A stretch of 43,154 nt of DNA from an uncultured Micavibrio sp. (GTDB taxonomy: Bacteria > Pseudomonadota > Alphaproteobacteria > Micavibrionales > UBA1664): contig CALBME010000181.1 in assembly GCA_937896295.1 (NCBI GenBank), positions 1-43,154 on the forward strand, written 5' to 3'. Below are positions 9,766 through 19,094 of the stretch, piece after piece. A model generated the notes under the pieces. That model made no database searches and was not told the origin of the DNA. It worked only from the letters and a program-made list of their open reading frames with translations. The number at the start of each line of letters is the position of its first letter. Position 1 is the stretch's first letter. The position numbers and the translations under genes are program-made.

Positions 9766-11703
9766 TTATTTGTTGTAGGAAATACGGTCGATCTGAAGCG
9801 CAGGCTGGCGGCTGTTGGACAGCTTGGCCTGGTAGACGGCATAACCTTCCATGACGCGCTGGACATAGTTGCGGGTCTCATACACCGGGATGGATTCCAT
9901 CCAGTCGATGACATCCAGACGCCCCGAACGCGGATCGCCGAACTGCTTGACCCACTGGTTCACGCGGCCCGGACCGGCGTTATACGCAGCAATCGCCATG
10001 GGCAGCGAACCGTCGAAGCGATCCATCAGCTCGCTGATATACATCGAGCCGAGCGCGACATTGTGTTCGGGCTTCGAGGTCAGCCATGCGGTGTTGTGCA
10101 CCAGCTTGTTCTTCTTGGCCGTATGGGTACCGGTGGCCGGCATGATCTGCATCAGGCCAAGCGCGCCCGCGGATGAAACCGCGTTGGGATCGAACTGGCT
10201 TTCCTGGCGGATCAGCGCGTGGACAAGCGCCTTGTCGGCACCCGACATGCCCCCCATGGCAGGCAGCGTCGGAAACTCGTAATCGGCCAGGTAAATACCG
10301 GCCTTGCCCGCTTCCTTGGCGACCTTGACCGCGACATCGATCTGCCCGATCGACGATGCAAAACCGGCCAGCTGGGCGTAATCCTGCGGCGTCTGGGCCG
10401 ATTTCATCATGGCGCGCATGAACTGGGCACGCTGTTCCTTCAGCCCCGCCTTGTGCAGCATTTTGGCGGCCTGCGTGAGGCTGTTGTTTTCAAACGCCGC
10501 CTTGTCGGCCGGGGTGATGACGGGGCGGTCCCCGTTCGCAAGGTCCAGCGGCATGTGAATGCGCGCAGCCGCCTGCTGGCCGTAAAACGTGGTCGGGAAA
10601 CGCGCAGCGACCTGGTACCACTGCAGCGCGATATCGCGGCTGCCCATGACCTCGGACGCGCGGCCCGCCCAATAGGCGGCACGCGAACGGGTAATCGGCG
10701 TCTGGGCGCTGTTGAACAGGCGCTCAAAGTGATCGAACGCCTGCCCCGGCTGATTGGTGAAGCGCAAGGCAAGCCAGCCGGCAAAGAATTCAGCGGTGGC
10801 GAAATCCTGCCCCTCCGGCGGAAGGCCGTGATTGGCGGCCAGACGGTAGGCCGTGCGGTAATCGCCCTGTTCGAATTTACGGCGGGCCAGAATGTTGCGT
10901 TCTTTCCACCATGCCGCCGGGTCGGTCGTGGATGCGGCGGGCGGCGCATCGTTCAGCAGGGCGATGGCATCGTCCGTGTCGTCGTTGTTGCGGCGGAACT
11001 GCACGCGCGAGAGCAAAAGCCCCGTATCGTTGAGCAGGCCGCGCGGCACCGCACCGATGCGGGCGGCAGCCCCCTTGTCACCTTCCTGCAGGGCGACGCG
11101 CGCCTCGACCACCTGCTGGTAGCCACGCCCGATCATGGCGGCAAGCGCACGCGCAGGCGTGTATTGTTTTTCGCCCATAATACGCTCAAGGCGGCGGACA
11201 TGGTCGGCCTGCCCCAGATAATTGCCGTAGCGTTCGATGATTTCGTTCTGTTCGTCGACGCTTAAATTCGCATCGACCCACCACGGACGGATCACGTTGG
11301 CCGCCTCGCCCGAACGGCCCTGACGCTCCATCGCCGCCATGTAACGTTTCATACCCGCCGCGGTGACGGGCGTATTGCGGGCGAACCAGTTGAGGACCTG
11401 CGCATCGCTCAGATCGGAAGGCAGGCGCGTTTCCGCGGCGCGGCTCAGCCTGTCGGCCCCCGGCCAGTCGGGATGGCGGCTGACAAAGGCGGCAATGTCG
11501 GAAAAGCTGACATTCGGATCGCCCGAGGTCAGATACATCCACGTGACCACGTCGCGGGCGGTGCCCGAGCCGGCCTCGGACCGGGCGGCGGACCAGTTCC
11601 CGCGCGAGGCGTCTTTGAGGGCCTGGGTGGTGTTGGCGGCATGCGCCGTCCCCACACCGAGAAGGCCCAAAGCAAAAAGTGTTAATGCGGCATGGCGGAT
11701 CAT
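9766..11703 (-). CDS. slt: Soluble lytic murein transglycosylase (Slt70-like)
   Basis: Signal peptide ending AHA, a long helical superhelix region, and the C-terminal SLT catalytic block LIRQESQFDPNAVSSAGALGLMQIMPAT. Confidence 0.85.
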   Translation of the reverse strand: MIRHAALTLFALGLLGVGTAHAANTTQALKDASRGNWSAARSEAGSGTARDVVTWMYLTSGDPNVSFSDIAAFVSRHPDWPGADRLSRAAETRLPSDLSDAQVLNWFARNTPVTAAGMKRYMAAMERQGRSGEAANVIRPWWVDANLSVDEQNEIIERYGNYLGQADHVRRLERIMGEKQYTPARALAAMIGRGYQQVVEARVALQEGDKGAAARIGAVPRGLLNDTGLLLSRVQFRRNNDDTDDAIALLNDAPPAASTTDPAAWWKERNILARRKFEQGDYRTAYRLAANHGLPPEGQDFATAEFFAGWLALRFTNQPGQAFDHFERLFNSAQTPITRSRAAYWAGRASEVMGSRDIALQWYQVAARFPTTFYGQQAAARIHMPLDLANGDRPVITPADKAAFENNSLTQAAKMLHKAGLKEQRAQFMRAMMKSAQTPQDYAQLAGFASSIGQIDVAVKVAKEAGKAGIYLADYEFPTLPAMGGMSGADKALVHALIRQESQFDPNAVSSAGALGLMQIMPATGTHTAKKNKLVHNTAWLTSKPEHNVALGSMYISELMDRFDGSLPMAIAAYNAGPGRVNQWVKQFGDPRSGRLDVIDWMESIPVYETRNYVQRVMEGYAVYQAKLSNSRQPALQIDRISYNK

Positions 11704-11843
11704 GATTCAAAGCCTAAATGCTTCGCCCGGAAAAAGCCAAGCAAAACGACTGTTTATGTATTGCCAGTTTCATGCCAGATTCAGCACAAAGAAACGGGTC
11801 CCCGCGCACCAAGGGTTGGTGTGGCGGCTTGGGGCGCGGGGTA

Positions 11844-12344
11844 ATGAGCGTGAGCGATAACAAAGATAAAAAACGTAAGAATTTCCTCACGGCCGGGCAA
11901 CCGATCGCCGTCAACAAGCGCGCGCGCTACGATTATTTTCTCGAAAGCCCGATTGAGGCGGGCCTGCAGCTGACCGGGTCCGAGGTCAAATCGCTGCGGT
12001 CCGGCCATGCCTCGATTGCCGAGGCATATGTCGCGGAATATGGCGGCGAACTGTTCCTCGTCAACGCCTCGATCGAGGATTACAAGATGGCCAACGCCCT
12101 GGCCACCCACGCCCCCAAGCGCCCGCGCAAATTGCTTCTGCATAAAAAGGAAATCGCCCGCTTCATCGGCGCGATCCAGCGCGAAGGCTACACCGTCATC
12201 CCCACCCGCCTGTACTTCAACGCCCGCAACACGGCCAAGATCGAAATCGCACTGGGTCAGGGCAAGAAATTGCATGACAAGCGCGCAACCGAAAAGAAAC
12301 GCGACTGGAACCGCGAAAAGCGGCGCCTTCTGAAAAAAGACTGA
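11844..12344 (+). CDS. smpB: SsrA-binding protein SmpB
   Basis: Blocks [23 protein letters not shown] and LLLHKKEI. The track ORF starts at 11718, but ATG 11844 gives the normal length of about 166 aa. Confidence 0.9.
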   Translation: MSVSDNKDKKRKNFLTAGQPIAVNKRARYDYFLESPIEAGLQLTGSEVKSLRSGHASIAEAYVAEYGGELFLVNASIEDYKMANALATHAPKRPRKLLLHKKEIARFIGAIQREGYTVIPTRLYFNARNTAKIEIALGQGKKLHDKRATEKKRDWNREKRRLLKKD

Positions 12345-12594
12345 CGCCCGTTTGCGTTTTACGCATGGCTTCCCCGCTTAAACCGCAAAGGTCGCCAGGC
12401 CCTTGTTGGGGAAATAGCAATACACCTGCTGCAACGCAAAACCGCGCAATTGCGCTGGCTTATGACCATTCCCCTACTCGCGCCCACACAAAGAACTTTG
12501 TTTTTTACAAATCAATAATGGTCAAAAAATAAATTGGACTCTTGTCAAAAGAGGATTATGGCTCGCCCCATAACTGACAAGGAAATGAAAACAA

Positions 12595-13485
12595 ATGTCC
12601 CGCCCGATCGTCCCTCAGAGCGTCATCATGCGTTATCTGAGCGGCTACTCCGAACGCCAGCTCAATGAAATCGAAGACACATACGAAAAAATTCACGCCG
12701 AACTCTTCGCAGGCCCCCTCTTCCTGAAACAGGACCGCATCCTGCTCCTGACTGCCGGCGCTGCCGGTGCAGGAAAATCCACCCATCTCAAGGCCAAGGT
12801 CGATAAAATCGCCCGCACCGAAGGCCGCCGTTTCGTTCATATCGACATCGACCAGATCCTGCCCCAGTTCCCGTCCTTCAAATGGTGCGCAGGCCAGCTG
12901 AGCGAATATTTCATGGATGTGAAGACCGACGAGCATCGCCGCGCCCTGCGCGAAACGACGACGGAATGGACGCTGGCTGCCAAGCACGTGGCCGACCGCC
13001 TGCTCAACGATGCGGTCGCCCTGGGCGTGCCGGTGGCGTTCGAGACATCCGCGCACAACAACCACATTCAGGATTTCTTCGAAGGTGCCCGCGCCAACGG
13101 CTATCAGATCGAAATTGACCTGTGCGATGCCCCCCTCTCGGTCAAGCAGGACGCAAGCCGCGAACGTTTTGACCGCGGCGAAGCCTATGTCGATCCCGCC
13201 GCCATTACGCGCAAGCACGAAGACGTCATCACGAACATGCCGAACTTTGCGCGCAACGCCGACCGCCTCAACATTCTGTGGCGCGAACATGCGCACAAGG
13301 ATCTGACGCTGGTGGCAACGTCGGAGCCGTCCGGCAATACGATCCACGACCGTCACGGCGCCAAATGCTTCGATGACACCCATCGCGGCGACGCCGGAAT
13401 CACGGTCGGCACCATGCTGCAGATGACCATGCATGCCCGCGCCCAGCGCGCCAACCAGAGCTTCCCCCGCACGACCCTGGGCTAA
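12595..13485 (+). CDS. Zeta-toxin-like / P-loop kinase family protein, with no adjacent antitoxin gene
   Basis: Walker A GAAGAGKST (aa 54-63), followed by hydrophobic-Asp RFVHIDID. The size and layout fit zeta toxin/AAA_33-like kinases. Only one in-frame start exists, with an AAGGAAA SD. An AT-rich 125-nt leader precedes it. Confidence 0.5.
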   Translation: MSRPIVPQSVIMRYLSGYSERQLNEIEDTYEKIHAELFAGPLFLKQDRILLLTAGAAGAGKSTHLKAKVDKIARTEGRRFVHIDIDQILPQFPSFKWCAGQLSEYFMDVKTDEHRRALRETTTEWTLAAKHVADRLLNDAVALGVPVAFETSAHNNHIQDFFEGARANGYQIEIDLCDAPLSVKQDASRERFDRGEAYVDPAAITRKHEDVITNMPNFARNADRLNILWREHAHKDLTLVATSEPSGNTIHDRHGAKCFDDTHRGDAGITVGTMLQMTMHARAQRANQSFPRTTLG

Positions 13486-13511
13486 ACCAAAACCTTAAAA
13501 ACGCACAAAAA

Positions 13512-13537
13512 AGAGCCGCCCTGCAACAGGCGGCTCT
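13512..13537. terminator. Intrinsic terminator, best on the recA strand, shared by convergent genes
   Basis: AGAGCCGCC-N8-GGCGGCTCT. On the minus strand it is followed by CTTTTTTGTGCGTTTTT. Confidence 0.75.
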
Positions 13538-13566
13538 TATGTGCTGGGTAACCGGGGGTTAACTGG

Positions 13567-14730
13567 TTATCCCGCTTTCTTTTTGATCGGGGCGACCTTG
13601 GTCTTCGGGGCGTCGTCGCCCTCCGCTTCCGGGTTGGTGCCCTCGGCATCGTCCTCTTTCTCGCCCGTCAGCATGTTCTCGGCGATATGGCCGGCATTGC
13701 CGCGGATCTTGTCCTCAATCGCCTTGGCGATGTCGGGATTGGTTTTGAGGAATTCGCGGGCGTTCTCACGGCCCTGTCCGATGCGCTGGCCATCATACGA
13801 GAACCATGCGCCCGATTTTTCGACCAGGTTGGCCGCGACGCCCATGTCGAGCACCTCGCCCATCTTGGAAATGCCCTGACCGTAGAGAATGTCGAAATCG
13901 ACAACGCGGAACGGCGGGGCCAGCTTGTTTTTCACGACCTTGGCGCGGGTCTGGTTGCCGATCACTTCCTCGCGTTCCTTCAGCTGACCGATACGGCGGA
14001 TATCGATACGCACCGACGCATAGAATTTGAGTGCGTTGCCGCCCGTCGTCGTTTCGGGATTGCCGAACATGACGCCGATTTTGCTGCGGATCTGGTTGAT
14101 GAAAATAACACAGGTGCGCGACTTGGAAATCGACCCCGTAAGCTTGCGCAGCGCCTGCGACATCAGGCGGGCCTGCAGGCCCATGTGGCTGTCGCCCATT
14201 TCGCCTTCCAGTTCGGCACGCGGCACGAGGGCGGCAACCGAGTCGACCACCAGCACATCGATCGCGCCGGAACGCACCAGCGTATCGGCGATTTCAAGCG
14301 CCTGTTCGCCGGCATCGGGCTGCGAGATCAGCAGTTCGTCCAGGTTGCAGCCCAGTTTGCGGGCATAGACCGGGTCCAGCGCGTGTTCGGCGTCGACGAA
14401 GGCGCAGGTGCCGCCGGTTTTCTGGGCCTCGGCAATGATCTGCAGGGCCAGCGTGGTTTTACCAGAGCTTTCAGGCCCGTAAATTTCAACGATACGGCCG
14501 CGGGGCACGCCGCCGATGCCAAGCGCGATATCGAGACCGAGCGAACCGGTCGAAATCGATTCAACCTCCATCGCCATGGCAGCATCGCCGCCCAGCTTCA
14601 TGATCGACCCCTTGCCGAAGGCACGTTCGATCTGGCCCAGGGCCGCGTCGAGGGCTTTGTTGCGTTCGGCAGTCTGGGCGGGTGTTTTGCTCATGGCATC
14701 TTTCTTTGCTTTGAAGTCTTCAACGGACAT
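13567..14730 (-). CDS. recA: Recombinase RecA (387 aa, with an extended acidic/lysine C-terminal tail)
   Basis: Blocks [19 protein letters not shown], Walker [10 protein letters not shown] and [18 protein letters not shown] sits upstream of ATG 14730. Confidence 0.97.
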   Translation of the reverse strand: MSVEDFKAKKDAMSKTPAQTAERNKALDAALGQIERAFGKGSIMKLGGDAAMAMEVESISTGSLGLDIALGIGGVPRGRIVEIYGPESSGKTTLALQIIAEAQKTGGTCAFVDAEHALDPVYARKLGCNLDELLISQPDAGEQALEIADTLVRSGAIDVLVVDSVAALVPRAELEGEMGDSHMGLQARLMSQALRKLTGSISKSRTCVIFINQIRSKIGVMFGNPETTTGGNALKFYASVRIDIRRIGQLKEREEVIGNQTRAKVVKNKLAPPFRVVDFDILYGQGISKMGEVLDMGVAANLVEKSGAWFSYDGQRIGQGRENAREFLKTNPDIAKAIEDKIRGNAGHIAENMLTGEKEDDAEGTNPEAEGDDAPKTKVAPIKKKAG

Positions 14731-14775
14731 GTGGTGTTCCCCTTATTAGCGTGTTTTCTCTGTGATTCCGAGGAT

Positions 14776-14790
14776 GAACAAAAATAGAAC
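14776..14790 (-). promoter_or_regulatory. Alphaproteobacterial-type LexA (SOS) box 1, upstream of recA
   Basis: Plus strand reads GAACAAAAATAGAAC, which is GTTC-N7-GTTC on the recA strand. It lies 46 nt upstream of the recA ATG. Confidence 0.75.
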
Positions 14791-14799
14791 ATCGGTCAA

Positions 14800-14814
14800 G
14801 AACAAAAAAAGAAC
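14800..14814 (-). promoter_or_regulatory. Alphaproteobacterial-type LexA (SOS) box 2, upstream of recA
   Basis: Plus strand reads GAACAAAAAAAGAAC, which is GTTC-N7-GTTC on the recA strand. Confidence 0.75.
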
Positions 14815-14864
14815 ATTTCCGCTTGACGGTGCATAAGGAACCGGATTAGCTTGTGGAACGTTTG

Positions 14865-14879
14865 GAACATTAGAAGAAC
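14865..14879. promoter_or_regulatory. Third LexA-type box, proximal to the divergent 101-aa gene
   Basis: GAACATTAGAAGAAC (GAAC-N7-GAAC). It lies 39 nt upstream of ATG 14918. A perfect TATAAT hexamer is at 14897-14902. Confidence 0.6.
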
Positions 14880-14917
14880 AAACACCCACCCGTCCTTATA
14901 ATCCTTAGGAGTTTATC

Positions 14918-15223
14918 ATGCCGAACAAGTTTGAAGTCAGAATCGACAAAATCCGCCTGCGTGGCGACGGCCGCAACGTCCCGGCCCTGCAGGACAAGTA
15001 TATCGCCCGTGCCGGCGGCGGCGCCTATATGGCCGTCGCCCCGTCCGAAGACGGCGCCATCCGTGAAGTCCTGCGCAACATGCGCATGCATTACCGCCGC
15101 ATGGGCGTAGGGTCGCACAGCATGTCCGACCGTATCCTCAAGGCGCTGCACACCCCCGTGGAACGCGTGCCGGGGGCCGCCAACGACATCCGCACCTTCC
15201 CGGTCGCGGTCCTGAATTCCTAA
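14918..15223 (+). CDS. Hypothetical 101-aa protein, putatively SOS-regulated
   Basis: Strong AGGAG SD 7 nt upstream of the ATG. Very high G/C at third codon positions. A LexA-type box lies just upstream. No family recognised. Confidence 0.65.
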   Translation: MPNKFEVRIDKIRLRGDGRNVPALQDKYIARAGGGAYMAVAPSEDGAIREVLRNMRMHYRRMGVGSHSMSDRILKALHTPVERVPGAANDIRTFPVAVLNS

Positions 15224-15792
15224 ACCTGTGAGATGAAATCGCGGTGCATGGGGGATGGATAATCCATCGTCAGCTCCGCGTGAAAGGATGAAAGCCGATG
15301 CTGACCGTATTTGAGCCACACCGGGATGTCGCCCTCTTTCGCGAGAATCTCTACCGTATCCGCCACATGCGTCACCACGGGTGCGCGGATGAAGCTGACC
15401 TCGTAGCCGGCGATGGTGCCGATATGGCTGTCCAGCTGTCGTCCGTATCCGTTGCGAACGATTTCTACGGGCATTAGGCCGAAACTTTTCTGTGTTTTGG
15501 TTTTGCTTTCATCCACCCAGACCTTGTCGGCCATCAGAATGGACCCCGCGCAAATGCCCCAGACGGATTTTCTAGCGAAATTGGACGCCAGCACGTCCCA
15601 AAGGCCGAAGGTTTCGATCAGCTTCAACATGGTCGTGCTTTCGCCGCCCGGCAGGATATAGGCGTCCGCCCCATCAATCTCTGCTGCCGTTTTGACGGCC
15701 CTGAACACACCGCCCGCAGCCTCGATATGCGGCTGGTGCCGATCGACACAGCCCTGCAGGGCCAGAACACCGATGATGGGTTTATGCGGCAT
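15220..15792 (-). CDS. pdxT: Pyridoxal 5'-phosphate synthase glutaminase subunit PdxT
   Basis: Blocks GVLALQGC, ILPGGESTTM and WGICAGSILMA (class I amidotransferase Cys). Lies in a pdxS context. Confidence 0.9.
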   Translation of the reverse strand: MPHKPIIGVLALQGCVDRHQPHIEAAGGVFRAVKTAAEIDGADAYILPGGESTTMLKLIETFGLWDVLASNFARKSVWGICAGSILMADKVWVDESKTKTQKSFGLMPVEIVRNGYGRQLDSHIGTIAGYEVSFIRAPVVTHVADTVEILAKEGDIPVWLKYGQHRLSSFHAELTMDYPSPMHRDFISQV

Positions 15793-16219
15793 GGCGTTGC
15801 CCCAGATCCTGATAGAACCGTAACAGATAGCCGTCCGGATCGCTGACGATGAACTGGCGGTTACCTACCTCGTAATCCGTCTTGCGATACCAACGTGTTT
15901 CAATGGGCAGGAAAATGGAGGCGTTTGCGGCGTTGACGGCAGCGTATAAAGCCTCAACCTCGCTGACCTCGATCTGGAAGTTGATGCCGCGCCCGAATGG
16001 CGCCTCCAGCGACCCTGATATCCACGCGCGGGTGGTGTCTTCGCCGGGTGCCGGGACCTCTCCCAGCATCAGTTCCGCGCCCTCGCGCTCCAGATAGGCA
16101 AAGCCGGACTCCGGGCGGTCGTAGAGAATGCGGAAGCCCGCAATGCGGGTGTAGAAATCAAGACTGACCCGCAGATCCCGGCACAAAAGTTCCGGGACCA
16201 GCGTAGGCTTACCAGCCAC
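15782..16219 (-). CDS. VOC (glyoxalase/bleomycin-resistance) family protein
   Basis: 145 aa. N-terminal L.CRDL..SLDFY...GF and C-terminal [14 protein letters not shown] are typical of the bleomycin-binding/VOC fold. The GTG start overlaps the pdxS stop, and its stop overlaps the pdxT start by 11 nt. Confidence 0.7.
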   Translation of the reverse strand: MAGKPTLVPELLCRDLRVSLDFYTRIAGFRILYDRPESGFAYLEREGAELMLGEVPAPGEDTTRAWISGSLEAPFGRGINFQIEVSEVEALYAAVNAANASIFLPIETRWYRKTDYEVGNRQFIVSDPDGYLLRFYQDLGQRHAA

Positions 16220-17090
16220 GGTTCGCCATCAGCATGGGCGCATCGATCTTGGAAATCTCGATGCCCGTCATGGCGATGCCAAGGCCCTTGCTGGCTTCCA
16301 GCACCATTTTCGGATCGTTGAAATGGGCGGTCGCCTTCACGATGGCCTTGGCGAATTTCGCCGGCTCTTCCGATTTGAAGATGCCCGAACCCACGAACAC
16401 GGTTTCGGCACCCAGTTGCATGCACAATGCCGCGTCCGCAGGCGTTGCGATACCGCCGGCGGCAAAATTCGGCACGGGCAGCTTGCCGTCACGTTTGATC
16501 ATTTTTACGAGTTCGAATGGCGCGCCGAGGGTCTTGGCCTCGGTCATCAGTTCGCTGTCATCCAGCAGCTGGATGCGGCGCATCGCCTGGTTCATCGCGC
16601 GCAAGTGGCGCACGGCCTCGACAATATTGCCAGTCCCCGGTTCGCCCTTGGTGCGCATTAGCGCCGCGCCCTCGCCGATCCGGCGCAGAGCTTCGCCAAG
16701 GTTCTTGGCGCCGCATACGAAAGGCACTTTGAAGTCGTGTTTGTTGATATGGTATTCGTCGTCAGCCGGGGTCAGCACTTCGGACTCGTCGATATAGTCG
16801 ACGCCGATGGACTCGAGGATCTGCGCCTCGGCGAAATGGCCGATGCGGCATTTGGCCATGACCGGGATGGACACGCTGTCCATGATGCTCTGGACCAGTT
16901 CGGGCGGGCTCATGCGGGCGACGCCGCCGGCTGCGCGGATGTCGGACGGCACGCGCTCCAGCGCCATGACGGCGACGGCCCCGGCGTCTTCGGCAACCTT
17001 GGCCTGGTCGGCGGTGACCACGTCCATGATGACGCCGCCTTTCAGCATTTCGGCAAGACCGGTTTTGAGATTGATGACGTTATTGGCCAT
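16209..17090 (-). CDS. pdxS: Pyridoxal 5'-phosphate synthase lyase subunit PdxS
   Basis: Blocks [34 protein letters not shown] and [14 protein letters not shown]. The track ORF starts at GTG 17138. ATG 17090 gives the canonical length of about 293 aa. Confidence 0.95.
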   Translation of the reverse strand: MANNVINLKTGLAEMLKGGVIMDVVTADQAKVAEDAGAVAVMALERVPSDIRAAGGVARMSPPELVQSIMDSVSIPVMAKCRIGHFAEAQILESIGVDYIDESEVLTPADDEYHINKHDFKVPFVCGAKNLGEALRRIGEGAALMRTKGEPGTGNIVEAVRHLRAMNQAMRRIQLLDDSELMTEAKTLGAPFELVKMIKRDGKLPVPNFAAGGIATPADAALCMQLGAETVFVGSGIFKSEEPAKFAKAIVKATAHFNDPKMVLEASKGLGIAMTGIEISKIDAPMLMANRGW

Positions 17091-17185
17091 GGCTTCGAAC
17101 ACTTTCCAAAGGGGATTTTCGGAGGCTAGTAATTGCACCCCGATACCGGAAAATCAAGGTTCTTAGGCGGACGGCAGCCCTTTTT

Positions 17186-18994
17186 TCAGGACGGCCCGCC
17201 CACGGCCCCCCTGGCCGGTACGACCACCGCTGCCGGACGCCGGTACGCAGGCCCGCCACGTTCGCCTTTGAGCTTTGCCCGGAAGCCTATGCTGGGTTCG
17301 TTATCGGCCACCTGCTGTTCCAGAAGGCGGACATTGCGCACGTCATCCGGCGTGGGGCTGACCAGCGTGTCCTGCGCGCTGCCCTTAAAAATACGCCGCA
17401 ACGCCTCGATGCGCGTTTCTCCCTGATTGGCGGGCATGGGCGTCAGAACGCCGGAACTGTACAGACGGCCCGCCATGGTCTGCTTGAGGGCAGCCGTAAA
17501 ATTACGCACATACCGTCCGTTGCCGAAACTATGTTCGTCGCTTGCATCCATGTCGTTGGCAATGCGCATTTCCACGGCTTCCCGTGTCTCGTCCGTGATG
17601 CGCAGACCCGCATTGCGTGCCTTGAGATCGAAAATCGCCATAAGCTCGTCCAGCGTGTAGGCGTTAAAATAAATCTCCTGCCGAAAACGCGACGCAAGCC
17701 CCATGTTCAAACGCAGCAAATTTTTCATGGCATCCGGGTAACCGGCCATGATGACCACCAGCCGGTCGCGCCTGTCTTCCATGTCGCCCATGATCTCGGT
17801 CAGGGCTTCCTTGCCGAAATCATTGCTGCTGCCATCCAGTTCGTAAGCCTCGTCGACGAACAGGACGCCGTCCTTGGCCTCGTCCAGTTTCTTACGGGTC
17901 TTCGGCGCGGTCTGGCCAATATACTCGGCGACAAGGTCACGGCGGCGGACCTCAACCAGATGTCCTTTTTTGAGAATGCCAAGCTCGCGGTACATGCTGC
18001 CGACCATGCGGGCAAACGTGGTCTTGGCCGTACCCGGCGCACCGATGAACAGCAAATGGTGCCCCACGTCTTCATCGCCTTTCGTATCCACGCCCAGCGC
18101 CTTCAACACCTCTTCATGCGCAAGCGACGCCTGAAGGTTGCGGAAGGCGTTTTTGGCGTCATGCAGGCCGATCAGCTTATCCATCTGGCCCGCGAAGGGG
18201 TCCTTCGCCTCCTGCAGGCGCATCTGTGTGAAATCGTCGGGGCGCTGCGAAACAACATCGCCGATGCGTGATGTATTCATGCGGATATCCTCGAACCTGA
18301 AATTGATTTTGATGGCCGGGCCGGTGATCCATTCCGGTATGGTGGTAAGGCTGCCTTTCGGCTTGCCCTCCATCATCGATGTGATGTTGTTTGCCAGCGT
18401 CTGGATGAGATCCGGATAATCGGAAACCCTGATCATCCCGAACAGCCTTTCGCGTTCGGCGGCAAAGGCGCGGCTTTTGCGGTATTTATTGATACGGCCC
18501 AGCGTGCGCAGCGCGTGCTGCTGCATGTTCCACACGGCCTTGCGCGTCATCGAATTGCGGCTGCCGCCAATATCGGGCCTGCGGAAAAATTCCAGCAGCG
18601 TCATCCACATCAGAAACCCCTCCTGCGCGCGCATGGGGGATTCCAGCGGGTTGCTCATCCGGTCGATCAGGTTTTGAGGAATTTCATGCGACATCACCCG
18701 GCTGTCGGTGTGATAGGTCAGATGGTCGTCCTCATACATGCTGCGAATCTGACGGTCGGGGGGCACATGCCCCTCGAACGACGCGACCAGGCGTCCATAC
18801 GCCTCGTAGGTTTGCGGCTTCGGCAAGGGTTCGACCGTCAGAAGCGGGACCAGCAGGTCCATGATATCCGTATGGATGCGCTTGCGTCCTTCGGCGGGTG
18901 CGGCACCTTCATCCGGCGCCCGGAAGGTGGTCGGGGAGTATAGAAGATCGCTCAGCTCTTCGGCTGCAGCGACGATCATCGCTGAATAGTTCAT
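17186..18994 (-). CDS. CbbX/SpoVK-type AAA+ ATPase with an unrecognised N-terminal domain of about 300 aa
   Basis: Walker A GAPGTAKT and Walker B VLFVDEAY. The LGILKKGHLVEV..DLVAEYIGQTAPKT block is typical of the CbbX/SpoVK/EccA clade. The N-terminal 300 aa and the C-terminal tail match nothing I recognise. Confidence 0.75.
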   Translation of the reverse strand: MNYSAMIVAAAEELSDLLYSPTTFRAPDEGAAPAEGRKRIHTDIMDLLVPLLTVEPLPKPQTYEAYGRLVASFEGHVPPDRQIRSMYEDDHLTYHTDSRVMSHEIPQNLIDRMSNPLESPMRAQEGFLMWMTLLEFFRRPDIGGSRNSMTRKAVWNMQQHALRTLGRINKYRKSRAFAAERERLFGMIRVSDYPDLIQTLANNITSMMEGKPKGSLTTIPEWITGPAIKINFRFEDIRMNTSRIGDVVSQRPDDFTQMRLQEAKDPFAGQMDKLIGLHDAKNAFRNLQASLAHEEVLKALGVDTKGDEDVGHHLLFIGAPGTAKTTFARMVGSMYRELGILKKGHLVEVRRRDLVAEYIGQTAPKTRKKLDEAKDGVLFVDEAYELDGSSNDFGKEALTEIMGDMEDRRDRLVVIMAGYPDAMKNLLRLNMGLASRFRQEIYFNAYTLDELMAIFDLKARNAGLRITDETREAVEMRIANDMDASDEHSFGNGRYVRNFTAALKQTMAGRLYSSGVLTPMPANQGETRIEALRRIFKGSAQDTLVSPTPDDVRNVRLLEQQVADNEPSIGFRAKLKGERGGPAYRRPAAVVVPARGAVGGPS

Positions 18995-19094
18995 GGACCC
19001 TGTTCTTCATTTTTTTTGTTATGAAGCCCAAGTATTGGACAGGCCAAAAACGCTTTTCAAGTTTTTCTTATGGAATGATCACAGGGCCCGGCCC

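Noticed and set aside
12345-12594. Possible tmRNA (ssrA) gene next to smpB
   Set aside because: I see no tRNA-like acceptor/T-arm ending in CCA, no tag reading frame (ANDN...-type), and the region is too short. It looks like a spacer plus an AT-rich promoter region.
12558-12665. 35-codon upstream ORF overlapping the start of the zeta-like gene, considered as a possible antitoxin
   Set aside because: The SD is only 3 nt from the ATG. The ORF is out of frame over the main gene, has no recognisable fold and shows weak codon bias. The evidence is not enough to call it.
13687-14787. 366-aa plus-strand ORF antisense to recA
   Set aside because: It shadows recA, has no motifs, and would run through the LexA boxes.
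14870-15319. 149-aa minus-strand ORF overlapping the 101-aa gene and the end of pdxT
   Set aside because: It has no SD. It sits opposite an ORF that has a strong SD and codon bias, and it overlaps pdxT out of frame.
17091-17138. 16-codon N-terminal extension of PdxS from GTG 17138
   Set aside because: The extension has no counterpart in PdxS proteins. ATG 17090 restores the canonical N-terminus and length.
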